Source of the DNA: the human T2T-CHM13v2.0 reference genome, Homo sapiens
Direction: 5' to 3' (one strand)
DNA: 64,000 bases
Assembly: GCF_009914755.1 (NCBI RefSeq)
Contig: NC_060926.1
Both the position numbers and the translations under genes were made by a program. The stretch's first letter is position 1. Each line of letters begins with the position of its first letter. This document shows positions 1-14,982 of the stretch, piece after piece. The notes beneath the pieces were generated by a model that had not been told where the DNA came from, did not search any database, and saw only the letters and a list, made by a program, of their open reading frames with translations.

Positions 1-1140
1 AGGTCAAGCCTGAATCTGACTCCTAGGCTGTTACTCTTTTCATTGATTTATGCTGCCTTCCTTTGACCTCTTCATCTGAACAATTAAGCACCAGACTTTT
101 AGTTAACTGGAGAGTCTTACTGAGTTCTAATTAATTGAAGTTTTACCATATTAAATATTGCCTCTTTCTCATTTCCAAGAATGGCTGAATGAATTATTAA
201 ATGCCAAATCTTAGTCCATACATTCTCATCCAAAACAAATAATCTAATTTCAAAACATAAAGTGTGGTAATTGTCTTGTATTAAATTAATAGGCTTCCCT
301 AAATTCAGGAATTTTTCCTAGTTTAGATACATTATATTTAGTAAGTATGCCAGTGATTTAGCTGAAATTGCCAGGTGTGTAAAGAATGTGGTTGGTCAAA
401 TATAAGTCTTATCCTTTCAATTAAATTTATATTCTGGTTTTGGTACTTAAGCAGATATATTATGGTATAGATTTACATTAAACTATACCTTTTTCAGTTG
501 GTACTGTATACACAGGACAATAAAATAGAACATGTCTTGTTTAAGTAACATGTAACTTCAAAAATTATTTATTAATTGGTAATTTTAAGCCTCTTTCTCA
601 TGGCCTTTAAAATGTAATCAAAGCCCCTTTGAAATGTCTTTGAAAAATTGGACTAACATTTTATCACAGGCTAAATTATAATAGTCATTTGTGGTAGTAC
701 TCAATCTTTCTTAAAATAGAATTATATGGTATTATTAAAACATCAGTGATATTTTATTACATAATAGTCTGGCATAGCCTTTACGTATTTAATAAATACT
801 TACATGATTAGAATTTTTTCTGCTGTTAGTAAAGCTTTAAGACAAGAGTAAATTATGCTACTTATAAAGTGACTTGACTGCCTTAACTTAGTTTTTGTTC
901 CTTATACTAATAACCATTGGCTACATCTTAATTTGCTTACTAAACTTTAAAAATTCAAACATTAAAAATAGTACACAGATTTTACACATATTTATAAATA
1001 ACTTGTCAAATGGGACCTTAGTGATTCACATTCCTGAGTGAAAAGTTAAATTTGAATATTAGTTAAGGAACTCTGTAAACTGATCAAAACTTAGTAAATT
1101 TTATGGTGTGTCAGTCATATCTTAGTAGAGCTGTTATTTA

Positions 1141-1647
<507 letters not shown>

Positions 1648-1870
1648 CTATGACTCAATTAAAACCTGTCATCAAGTGGTATATTTCAACTGGAATCATC
1701 TTCCCCCTCAGATATCTGCTTTGTCTGAACTATTCTTTATTCTGAGTCTAAGCAGGCAACAGTTGGGAGGGCCTTTAAAATGAGGTTCTAAGTAGAAATA
1801 AAACCTGGTGACTTAAAGCCAGCGTATAAGTATCAGAATTTTAACTAGGTTTCTCTTCTGTTTGAAACAG

Positions 1871-2018
1871 TGATGACTCGTGGCACTGCCTCCAGCCCCT
1901 CCTATAGATTCATATTGAATGATGGGACAATGCTTAGCGCCCACACCAAGTGTAAACTTTGCTACCCTCAAAGTCCAGACATGCAACCTTTCATCATGGG
2001 AATTCATATCATCGACAG
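1871..2018 (+). CDS. NCOA1: NCOA1 coding exon A (148 nt, ~aa 317-366, C-terminal part of PAS-B)
   Basis: Acceptor tttgaaacag|TG at 1870/1871 and donor AG|gtacta at 2018/2019. Translates (V)MTRGTASSPSYRFILNDGTMLSAHTKCKLCYPQSPDMQPFIMGIHIID(R), recognised as SRC-1 PAS-B. Confidence 0.97.
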
Positions 2019-3352
2019 GTACTACTTATTTGGAGAGCTTCATATGAAATAAGCCAGTTCACATATCTCTTATTAGAGAAATTTTTTATACTCTTGATGG
2101 CTAGAAAGCAGAAATTCTAAATTAGGCGTAAAACTAGTGTGATGAGTATATATAATCAATATATCCATATTGGGTTTTATAGTTTTATCATGTAATAGCT
2201 TTGTTGTTCATAAAGGGAGGTAGGAAAGCTGAGGCTGAAAATCTGCTTTTTAGAGGGTAAAACCAAAAAGATGGCTAAAAATTTACAACATTCCATATGT
2301 GAATCTTATAAGAGATTTGTGAGTTTGTTAACATTGTTATTTTTATTTTTATTTTTGAAAGTGCTCTATTTTCATTAGGGCATACTTGGTGGCTCCTGAG
2401 TTCAAGTTGACAGTTTCTCACAGAAATTACAAATCATTAAACTATCAACTTGATTTTTGAGTGCCATTGTCTCTAATTTGTTCCCCTAAGTATGTTTTAC
2501 ACTGATATATGGTAAATTCATGAAACTATTATCCTATGAATTATTAGAAATCCTACATTTACAGTGGTGAAAATGTAGCATTAAAAACAGAGACATTTCC
2601 CCTCACTTCATCTTTTTCTCATCTAATGTATTTGCTTATTGGAACATGGTAATGCCAGTCACAAATCTGTTGTCATAATTATGAATTTGAGTAAAGGACT
2701 CACTGAAAACCTGAATTCAGTATTGTGGTTTTTTTCTACTTTTAGTTTAAATTATGCTTGTGAGTGGAATTAGCACAGTTCTTTTTTTTTCATATTGTGA
2801 TTTCTCTTTCAAAACATCTGCTATGTCTGCATATCACTCTTTTTAATTTTTACATCAGTGACACAGTATTTTCCTTACCCAGTCTTCCTCTTTGGAGTTG
2901 AAATACTTAAAAGCTGTAACAGGAGTCATAAATAAGTGCTTTATAAACAGAGGTGTGAGAAGTTTATTTTTCAACCAAAAAATTATTATAATGTTAATTG
3001 TGTATATTAGGCTTAGAAATTGTTTAAAAGAACATATATTGGATTTTTTCCAAAACCAAGAAAAATTTTTACATTATATTTTACATAAAATTATATTTTA
3101 CATATAACTGAGACCATTATCAAATGTAAGAGTCGATAAGCATTATTTCTTATTAAGTGGTGCTAATATTTTACAGTAGTTTTTTCTTAATTTAAGAAAC
3201 TTTTTTCTTAATTTAAGATGGTACAGAAGCTCTTTACTTGATAGCTTGCAATATTAATGAGATCAATGGTCTTGTTTTAGAATATGTATCATAAAAATAT
3301 TTTAATAGAAACAAATGAAGATGTTTGAATAATAATGTCTTTTTCCCCCTAG

Positions 3353-4673
3353 GGAGCACAGTGGGCTTTCTCCTCAAGATGACACTAATTCTGGAATGTC
3401 AATTCCCCGAGTAAATCCCTCGGTCAATCCTAGTATCTCTCCAGCTCATGGTGTGGCTCGTTCATCCACATTGCCACCATCCAACAGCAACATGGTATCC
3501 ACCAGAATAAACCGCCAGCAGAGCTCAGACCTTCATAGCAGCAGTCATAGTAATTCTAGCAACAGCCAAGGAAGTTTCGGATGCTCACCCGGAAGTCAGA
3601 TTGTAGCCAATGTTGCCTTAAACCAAGGACAGGCCAGTTCACAGAGCAGTAATCCCTCTTTAAACCTCAATAATTCTCCTATGGAAGGTACAGGAATATC
3701 CCTAGCACAGTTCATGTCTCCAAGGAGACAGGTTACTTCTGGATTGGCAACAAGGCCCAGGATGCCAAACAATTCCTTTCCTCCTAATATTTCGACATTA
3801 AGCTCTCCCGTTGGCATGACAAGTAGTGCCTGTAATAATAATAACCGATCTTATTCAAACATCCCAGTAACATCTTTACAGGGTATGAATGAAGGACCCA
3901 ATAACTCCGTTGGCTTCTCTGCCAGTTCTCCAGTCCTCAGGCAGATGAGCTCACAGAATTCACCTAGCAGATTAAATATACAACCAGCAAAAGCTGAGTC
4001 CAAAGATAACAAAGAGATTGCCTCAATTTTAAATGAAATGATTCAATCTGACAACAGCTCTAGTGATGGCAAACCTCTGGATTCAGGGCTTCTGCATAAC
4101 AATGACAGACTTTCAGATGGAGACAGTAAATACTCTCAAACCAGTCACAAACTAGTGCAGCTTTTGACAACAACTGCCGAACAGCAGTTACGGCATGCTG
4201 ATATAGACACAAGCTGCAAAGATGTCCTGTCTTGCACAGGCACTTCCAACTCTGCCTCTGCTAACTCTTCAGGAGGTTCTTGTCCCTCTTCTCATAGCTC
4301 ATTGACAGAACGGCATAAAATTCTACACCGGCTCTTACAGGAGGGTAGCCCCTCAGATATCACCACTTTGTCTGTCGAGCCTGATAAAAAGGACAGTGCA
4401 TCTACTTCTGTGTCAGTGACTGGACAGGTACAAGGAAACTCCAGTATAAAACTAGAACTGGATGCTTCAAAGAAAAAAGAATCAAAAGACCATCAGCTCC
4501 TACGCTATCTTTTAGATAAAGATGAGAAAGATTTAAGATCAACTCCAAACCTGAGCCTGGATGATGTAAAGGTGAAAGTGGAAAAGAAAGAACAGATGGA
4601 TCCATGTAATACAAACCCAACCCCAATGACCAAACCCACTCCTGAGGAAATAAAACTGGAGGCCCAGAGCCAG
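3353..4673 (+). CDS. NCOA1: NCOA1 coding exon B (1321 nt, ~aa 366-806; S/T-rich region and nuclear-receptor interaction domain)
   Basis: Acceptor ttttccccctag|G and donor CAG|gtgggt. Phase 2 entry completes AG|G (Arg). Three LxxLL boxes: LVQLL 4152-4166, LHRLL 4323-4337, LRYLL 4500-4514. Confidence 0.99.
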
Positions 4674-4916
4674 GTGGGTAACTGCTTGCTTCACAGAATG
4701 GTCATTCTTAGTAATTTTTTTTTTCATTTATTCTATTCCATCTGTAGACCAGATATGAATTCATACTATGTTTTATCCTATCCATTGGGCATATATTAAG
4801 AGGTTAGTATCAATAACTGATCACAGGATGCCCTCAGAAGTTTTCTTTAGAACTTCAGAAGGCTACAGTTTTAATGCAGAATTATAAAAAAGGAAATTTT
4901 TCTTTCTCTATAAAAT

Positions 4917-5040
4917 CAGTGTTCACATCTTTAGACATTTTTTAAAATACCTTCCCTGCCCCTCTCTCCCAGCCCTACCTATTGAATCTAACTCTCTAGG
5001 AATAAAACCTAGGAACCAAACCTAAGTCTGGGAACCCCTG
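4917..5040. mobile_element. Degraded MER5-like hAT MITE fragment
   Basis: cagtgttc...cctacctattgaatctaactctctagg...gtctgggaacccctg resembles MER5A/B. Confidence 0.4.
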
Positions 5041-5989
5041 ATGTAAATGAAGTGGGAGAGAAATGTAAGGAGATGGACAAGGTTACTTAGTCTGGCTTGT
5101 TTTTTATTTCCTTTGAAGCATTTCCTAAGGCTGTTTTTTCCTTCTCATCTGATTCTGACCACCCTCAGCAATCAGAGAATAGGGACTTGAATATTCTGGG
5201 TAACAGAATATTGCCCTTATGTAACATGACCTGAAACAGACGTAAATAAAGACAAACCTTTCCATAAGTTGTTATGGATTAGAAACCTTTATGTTTAGGA
5301 TGGGGTGAAAGTGGTGTAAAAGTAAACAGGTATCTTCATTTATTGTATAATTGCTTATGGACTCTGAAGGAATATAGTTTAAAAAAAAATATGGCCCTTC
5401 CTAGGAGCTTTCACCTTATTTAGAGACAGAATATAGACATTCATTAATCAGCAGACAATGTATGTACAAAGCAGTTTATCCACGAGACTCCATTCTAAAG
5501 CATGAGTCACACTTAGTATGCATAGGTCCTTCGGTTTCTTGAATCAGCTTAGTTTTCTGCTCTCATTTCACAAGAATCACTCTCTTCCCTCAGAAATACT
5601 GCATTCTAGGCAGATGGAAGTCCTTGTCATTCCTAGAATAAGCCATGTCTCTTCTAAACATATTCTGCCTTGCTCTTCTTTCTGTGCCCACTGAACTTCT
5701 ACTCATCCTTCACAAACCAATTCAAATAACATCTGCATAAAGCCTTCCCCAAGTATCCCTAGTTAGACATTTCCTGCTTCTGTCCTTTTGTGGTGCTTCA
5801 TATCATCTCTGTTTACTCTTTGTAGTAACACTATTTTGACTGGTTCTGTGCATGTGTGTTCTTTGAGGATAAGGCTGTCTCGTGTTTCTTGGTACAATGA
5901 AACTAATTTTTAAGCAGAAAACAGCATTAAATAATAAGTATATTTAAAAGGAAAAGATTTATAAGATAATGCCATTGTGTTCAGTTCTG

Positions 5990-6725
5990 GTGCATCTGTT
6001 TTGTGCACATGTGTATGTATTTCTGTTGAGCTGCTTCTTAGGAGTAGAACTACAGGATAATAAGATATGCATATGTCCTTTTTCAGTAGATAATGCCAGT
6101 TTTCCTAGTGTATCAGTATTTTTTCTAGTTGCTCCAAGTCCTTGTTAATACATGATATTATCAATATTTTAGATTTTTAGCTATTCTGAGGTGTGTGTTC
6201 TAATTTGCATTTCCCTGATAAATATTCATTGGTCATTTGGATATCTTCTTTTGTAAATTGCCTAGTCTAGTCTCGTGACCATTTTTTAATGTGTTTTTAT
6301 TTTGCTTATTGACTTTTAAGAGTTCTTTATGTATGAGTCCTTTATTGGACATATATTTGCAGACATCTTTTTAGTGCTAAGGCTTACCTTTTCTTTCTCT
6401 TACTGGCACTTTTTGATGAGGTGAAGTTCTTCACTTTAATATAGTTCAATTTGTCAATCTTTTCCTTTATGGTTAATGCTTTTTGCACATGTGTAACAAA
6501 AGACATGTTCACAAATGTTTTTAACAGCTTTATTCGTATCAGCCAAAAACTGGAAGCAACCCAAAAATCCATCACAATAGAATGGATAATTATGTTGTGA
6601 CATATTCATACAGTGGGACACTATTCAGCAATAAAAATGAATGAACTGCTGCTAAATGTAACAGTGCCCAAACTTCAGAAATATAATTAAATACATATAT
6701 GTAATTCTACTTATATACTCTAGAA
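5990..6725. mobile_element. Old L1 (L1M) 3' fragment with internal inversion (- strand ~5990-6485, + strand ~6485-6725)
   Basis: Minus-strand ORF2-end remnant (TIKEKIDKLNYIKVKNF in ORF 6384..6575) abuts a plus-strand 3' end (aaaaactggaagcaacccaaa...gaatggata). Confidence 0.75.
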
Positions 6726-6853
6726 ACAAAAATTTCAGTTGAACTAGATAATGAAACCCAAAAAGTAATCATAGTATAGCAATATTGTGAAATAAAGGCC
6801 AGTTTTCTTCTCTACATAACCTAAGACAGATGTAGGAACTCCCTATTTATTCT

Positions 6854-7189
<336 letters not shown>

Positions 7190-7714
7190 TAAAAGATATG
7201 TTTCTTATTAAGTCCTTAAGTGGGAAGTAACCATTGTGATATCTTTAAAGCTGATAAATAATTTATGAAAAAGTTTTCCAAACTTTTTTAAATTATAAAA
7301 TAGTTGAATCAATATAAGTTTAAAGTAAGTCATTTTATGAAATTTTGAAAAATATGACAGGAAAAAGTCACCCATAATGCTATCATCATAACACAGTACT
7401 ACTGACACTTTTTTCCAGTCCAATCTTTTTTTATACATAGATTTTTGTACCAAGATATAGTAGCCAAATATATGTGTATTATTTATATCCTGCAGTATAT
7501 GAATACTATATCAGAAGCATCCAAATATTTTCCCCATGGAATAGTTAGCTCATGTAATTTCCAAGTAGCCCCAATCATTCTAATTATTTCTTCTTTCTTC
7601 ATTCTCTCAAAGTCACACTGAATTCATAGAGTTTAAAGAAGCAGCATTTTTTTCTACGTTGTTTCAGGTGAAAGTGTAAAATATATTTCCTCTAACTTTG
7701 GTTTCCATTCTTAG

Positions 7715-7895
7715 TTTACAGCTGACCTTGACCAGTTTGATCAGTTACTGCCCACGCTGGAGAAGGCAGCACAGTTGCCAGGCTTATGTGAGACAGACAG
7801 GATGGATGGTGCGGTCACCAGTGTAACCATCAAATCGGAGATCCTGCCAGCTTCACTTCAGTCCGCCACTGCCAGACCCACTTCCAGGCTAAATA
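7715..7895 (+). CDS. NCOA1: NCOA1 coding exon C (181 nt, ~aa 807-867)
   Basis: Acceptor ccattcttag|TTT and donor ATA|gtatgt. Translates FTADLDQFDQLLPTLEKAAQLPGLCETDRMDGAVTSVTIKSEILPASLQSATARPTSRLN(R). Not in the ORF track. Confidence 0.96.
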
Positions 7896-8859
7896 GTATG
7901 TTCTGGGGACAACACCTCATTTTAAACGTTTAGTGATAATGTGGATTAGCATTTTGTCTCTCACCAGTATTACACAGATCCTTTGCTTAAGAGTGAAATA
8001 TCTTTTTATTAATGCCACTATAAATAATAAAACAGTTATATTTAGGCATGTGAACATCATTCATCATGTGTATTTTAAATTATGACCTCTATCCTTTTGT
8101 AATTAATGTTAAGGTGAGCAATTGATGTTAAGGAGAACAATTTTGTCGTCTCACCCAAAACACCCCATAACAGGACTTTCAGAAATACAGTATTGGGTCA
8201 GATTGTTTCCAGATATCTTCCTTGAAAACTAATCCTGTGAGTTGCAGAAATAAAAGATTCTGTACTAAAATACACTGGGCAAATGCTACATGTTCCATAC
8301 ATTTCATATTGATGTTTTAATGCCTATTAGCAGTTTTGAGAAGCCTTATATTAAAGAATGTAGTTTAGATTTCTTTTACCCAACATTTCCCAAACTTTCC
8401 TGATTATGGAATTTCTTTTCTCAAGTAATACATGTTATACCACAGAATGAGTTTTCCATGAAGTTGCTTAGGAGACAACTGTGTTAAAATATGTTATTGT
8501 TCTAACCCAAGTTAGCATTTTCCTAGTTGAGAGACACTTTGATAGTTTAATACATTAAATTTATGAAGATAAGGCTGTCAGATTTTTTTGCCCATCACAT
8601 TTTGATGTTGAAAAAACCAGTGGTAAGAATTCCATTGTATGACCTTGAAACTAAAGGAAACTAATCAGCCCACTTTCAAAATTAGTCTGGATTTTCAACG
8701 TTAGTTCTATCCCTTTTCTGATGGTATCATATGTGGGACTTCAGTTATTTCAGTCCAACTGGAACTTTTAACTGTCATGACCCAATTACTGATAGTTTGC
8801 CAGGATTTCAGACAGCTGCGAAGAATAATCTTGAATCCATCTGTGACATTTTTGGAGGC

Positions 8860-9030
8860 AGTATTTTAGCTGACCAGAGTATTAGAGGAAGAGTCAGAAG
8901 CCTAGATTCAAATCTCACATTCTCCAGTCATTAACAGTCTTACCTCAAGGAAGTACATTTTTTGAACCTTATTCTCTTTATCTGCAATATAAGAATTAGA
9001 TTAAATGATTTTGAAAGTTTCTTCTAATAG
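8860..9030 (+). mobile_element. MIR fragment
   Basis: gagtcagaagcctagattcaaatctc...ctctttatctgcaatataag matches the MIR core. Confidence 0.55.
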
Positions 9031-9731
9031 AAGCAGTGAGGCTCTAGACTGGAATGTCAGTCACAATTGAGGAAACAGTAAGATGCAAGGCTGAAAAGAG
9101 ATAAAATGAAAGTCTGCATATTGATTGATTTGGAGGTCTTTATCTCCTTCCCCATCCAATATGGGAGACTGGAAGAATTTTCTCAGGGGACATTGAATGG
9201 GCGGAAAGATGTCTGGATGTGAGTATATAAGTACAAAAGCCATTCTGCTATCTCATCATCCAACAATGAAGGCTCCCAGAAGAGACAAGCCTGGCACTCA
9301 GCCCTCCCAGTCCATGTTTAAGAACACTGACTGAACAGACACAGTCAAGAATCATCAGTACTTGGAGGAAACTCTGCAACTTGAAAGGGAGAAAAAGAAA
9401 TAAACAGAAAAAGTATGCAGTGGAAATATATAATGAATGCATAAACCAAAAAAGAAAAAAACTACTAGAAATTTTAGAAAGATAAAAATGTATTACCCCT
9501 GAAAATATGGAAAGGGAAAAAAAGGGACAAAGAACAGAAAAAACTCTTGGAAATTAGGTATCCAACTTTTTTTTTTAATGAGGGAAATGTAAGATGATAC
9601 AGCTGAGAAAAGCTTCCAGAAAGAACAAAAAGATGCTCCCAGAAAGACAAATGGGAAGTAGGGAAGAAAAAGTTAAGGAAATTACAAGGTCCACCTCAGA
9701 GGGCCAGTAATGATTAAGAATTACACAAACA

Positions 9732-10071
<340 letters not shown>

Positions 10072-12644
10072 AAGAATTACACAAACAAGGGTGGGAAACA
10101 TCAAAAAATATAAGAGAATTTTCTGATTCCCCAGATTACAGTGTTTCAACAAGTACCCAACACAAATGGAAAAAAAAAGTACTTGTACCAAAGCTTGTCA
10201 TCATATCATTCTGGAACATGAGAGATAAAGAAAAGATTCTAAAACCTTTCAGAGAGAAGTTAATTCCATACAGTGAATCAGGAATTTTCAAAGGTAATAT
10301 TGGAACTAGAAGACATTTATGATTTGAGAAAAAGGACTTCTACTTTCAACTATGACAGCAATAATTGGCACTGGTCTAGTCCTCCCACTGTAAATAACGG
10401 GAAAAAGAGCAAATACATTAAACAATTCTTGTAAGCCAATAGATAATAGGCAGTGTGAGACTGTGATCTCTCTGAGAAGGAAGCAAGTCAGGTGAGCTCT
10501 ACAATCATCTCAGCTTTTTTCTTGGAGATGTTTACCAAACCAAGTACAGGTAGGAGGAACCCAAAATAAGCACGGATATTTTACTAAACTCCGAAAATAG
10601 TGATAGGAGTTCAGTGACAGTGGGGCAGCTAGAACTTGCTGAACAAAGTACCCGAGAAGAGAAGGATATGTAGAAAATAGCAACAAAAATCTGAATCAGG
10701 ATTCTTTTCTATCCTTGGCTGAATACTACACTGTGCATGTATTCAACGATACTCCATCAGGTGGGGCAAAGAACAGTTTGTGAAGGAAGAACAACTATCA
10801 GGAAGGAGTGAGCTGAACAACTACCAGAACTCACACAAGATTGGAAGATAATCAAGTCCTGACCAATCAGAGTCGGTAGACCTTCTTGAACATCTGGGAC
10901 ATTTAGTGGAAAATGGCCTCACTTTAAGAGTGGATTTACCCTAGACCTGCTTTGACATCTTAAAAACAAACCTCAAAAGGATCAAGCTTATGTACAAGTA
11001 AATTAACTGTCTGAAAGAACACTATTCAATAGTTTTTAAAGAAGACACCAAAATTCAGACATTCAGCAGCATTATATTCATAATTTCCAACATATAATAA
11101 AAAAAATTAAGACACATGATGTAGCAAGAAACTGTGACCCATACCCAAACAAAGTCAGTTAATAGATCCAGAAATGACAGAGATGATAGAAGTAATAGAA
11201 AAAGATTTGAAAATAGCTATTCTAAATATGTTGAAGAACTTAAGGGACAACATGAACATAATGAGGGAAGAGATATAAACTACAAAAAAAAAGAGCCAAA
11301 TAGAGCTGGTAGAGCTGAAAAATACAGTATTTAAAATGAAAAATTTGTTGGAGGAGCCTACCAGCAGATTAGACACTGCAGGAAAAAAAGAGCAATAAAC
11401 ATGACATAGTATTAGAAACTACTCAAATTAGAGGAGAAAAAGAATACCACAAAAGTATTGAAAGACCTCAGTCACCTGTGGAACAATACAAAGCAGTCTA
11501 GTATACACATAATATATAAATAATACATAATTATGGAAGAAGGGGGAGCAGGTGAAATTTTTGAAAAAACAGCCAAAATATTTACAAATTTGTGGAAATT
11601 TGTAAACCTACAAATCCAAGAGTTTAATGAATCCCAAGCAAAATAAACACAAAGAAAACTACTATAAGCCATGTCATAATCAAATTGCTGAAACAAAAAT
11701 CTTAAAACCAATCAAAGAAAAATGACACATTATGTCAGATAAACAAGAAAAAACTTTCTATACTTAGTATCATTCAAAATGACACAGAGATGAAAAAAGA
11801 TAGAAAATGATATAAGATGAACAAAGATAAGAAAACAACTAACTTTCTGTATCCAGTATCATTCAGAAATGCAGGTGAAATAAAGATGTTTTCAAACAAA
11901 CCACCCTGAGAAAATTTGTCACCAGCAGATTACACTATTGTTCAAGCTAAAATAAAATGAATCCAGATGGAAACTCTAACCTACAGAAAATAATAAGAGA
12001 GCCAGATAAGTAAAGGTATGAATAAATGGAAAATTCTTTTTTCTCATTTGTTAGTTTCTTTAAATGAAAAATAACTGTTTAAAGCAAAAATAATAACAGT
12101 GAATTATATATGTAATATGTAGAAGAAAAATGTATGACAGTAATAGTACCAAAAATGGGGTAGAATAAATGAGACAATACTCTTTTCTACAAAATAGTAT
12201 AATATTTGAGGCTAGAGGCTAAAGTTAAAAATGCATTTTTTTAACAGAAAAATATTCTATAAGTGTCCTGCATGTAGAAAATCCTAAAGAAGTGAGAGGA
12301 AAAGCTACTTGAACTAAATGAACTTAGCAAAGTCACAATATGTGTACTCAGTATTTTAAAAAATCAATTGTATTTCTGTATATCAGTTACATACAATTGG
12401 ATAATGATATAGAAAAAGCAATTTACAAAATACATAAAATATTAAGACATAAATTTTAGATGGAATAACATGTGCATTACTCTACACTGAAAACTACTTT
12501 GCTGAGAGAAATTAGAGGGGGGCCAAATAAATGGAGAGGGATACCATTTTCATGGATTGTAAGACACAATTTTGTCAAGATATCAGTTATTCCAAAATCA
12601 ACCCATGTAAATTTAATGTAATCCCAATAACAATCCCAGCAGGC

Positions 12645-13184
<540 letters not shown>

Positions 13185-14687
13185 TTATATGGCGAATTGA
13201 CATTCAACAAAGACACCAAGGTAATTAAACAAAGAATAGTCATTTCAATACATGGTGATATAACAACTGAACATCTATGTAGAAAAAAATGAACCTCAAC
13301 CTCTCTCCTCATCCCATACACAAAAAAATGAACTTATTTTGAGTTGATCATAGGCTTAAATATAAAAGTTAAAACTATAAAGCTTTTCAACAAAAAAAAG
13401 TCATTGAGATAGACACATTTTTGATAGGACACAAAAAGTGCTAATCATGAAAGAAAAAGATTGATACATTAGACTTCGTTAAATGTTAAATCTTCTGCTC
13501 TTTAAAGACCACCTCTTGAAAGAAAATGAATCAATAATCAATAACCTTTCAAAACAGAAATCACTAGGCTAAACCCAGATGGGTTCACTTGTAATTCTAC
13601 CAAACATTTAAGGAAGAAATTATATTCTCTCTAATCTCTTCCAAAAAATAGAAGCAAAGAAAATATTTCCTAACTCATATTGTAAAACACATATCTGATA
13701 TAAAGGAGTGATACCCAAAATAAACAAAGAACTCTTAAAATGAAACAATGAGAAAACAAGCAACTCAATTTAAAAATGGGCAAAAGATCTGAACAGACAC
13801 CTCACCAAAGAAGATATACAGATGGTAAATAAGCATATGAAATGATGCCCAACTCATATGTCATTAGAAAATTGCAAATTAAAACAACAATATGCTGGCG
13901 AGGATGTAGAGCAACAGGAACTCTCGTTGCTGGTGAGAATACAAAATGGTACAGCCACTTTGGAAGACATTTTGGCAGTTTCTTACAAAACTAAACATAC
14001 TCTTACCATATGATCCAGCAATCACACTCCTTGATATTTACCCAAATGAGTTGAAAACTTATGTTCACACAAAAACCTGCACATGAATGTTTATGGCAGC
14101 TTTATCCATAATTGCCAAAACTTGGAAGCGATCAAGCCATGAAAAGACATTGCTGAGAAGAAGCCAATCTGAAAAGGCTACACATCCTGTATAATTCCAG
14201 CCGTATTCTGGAAAAGGCAAAGCTGTGGAGACAGTCAAAAGATCAGGAGTTGCCAGGGGTTTGTTGTCAGTGGTTGCCAAAGGCAAGGATGAATAAGGAG
14301 AACACAGGGGATTTTATGTGATAAGTATCATACCTAAAAATCCCCTGTGTTCATATCATGTATAAATAAATGTACATAGACATATACACATATATATATA
14401 TAAATCATGTGTATGCAATGACATGTATCTATCCTGTCATTCTGTATTGGTCAAAATATCAAAATCCACAGAATGTACAACACAAAGAGTGAACTCTAAT
14501 GTAAACTGTGGACTTTAGTTAATACTAATGTGTCAATATTGGCTTATCAGTTCTAACAAATGTACCACACTAATGCAATAGTAGGAAAAACTGTCCAATC
14601 TAAACACTGGGCAAAGGATTTTAAAAGATATTTCACAAAGGAAGATATGAAAATGGCAAATCAGCATGTGAAAAGATGGTTAATATC

Positions 14688-14982
<295 letters not shown>

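Noticed and set aside
3180-3218. 21-bp tandem duplication upstream of exon B; similar small duplications at 27062-27120 and 35567-35592
   Set aside because: Ordinary replication-slippage duplications away from splice signals.
3596-4727. Antisense ORFs overlapping exon B
   Set aside because: Shadow frames of the NCOA1 CDS with no recognisable domain.
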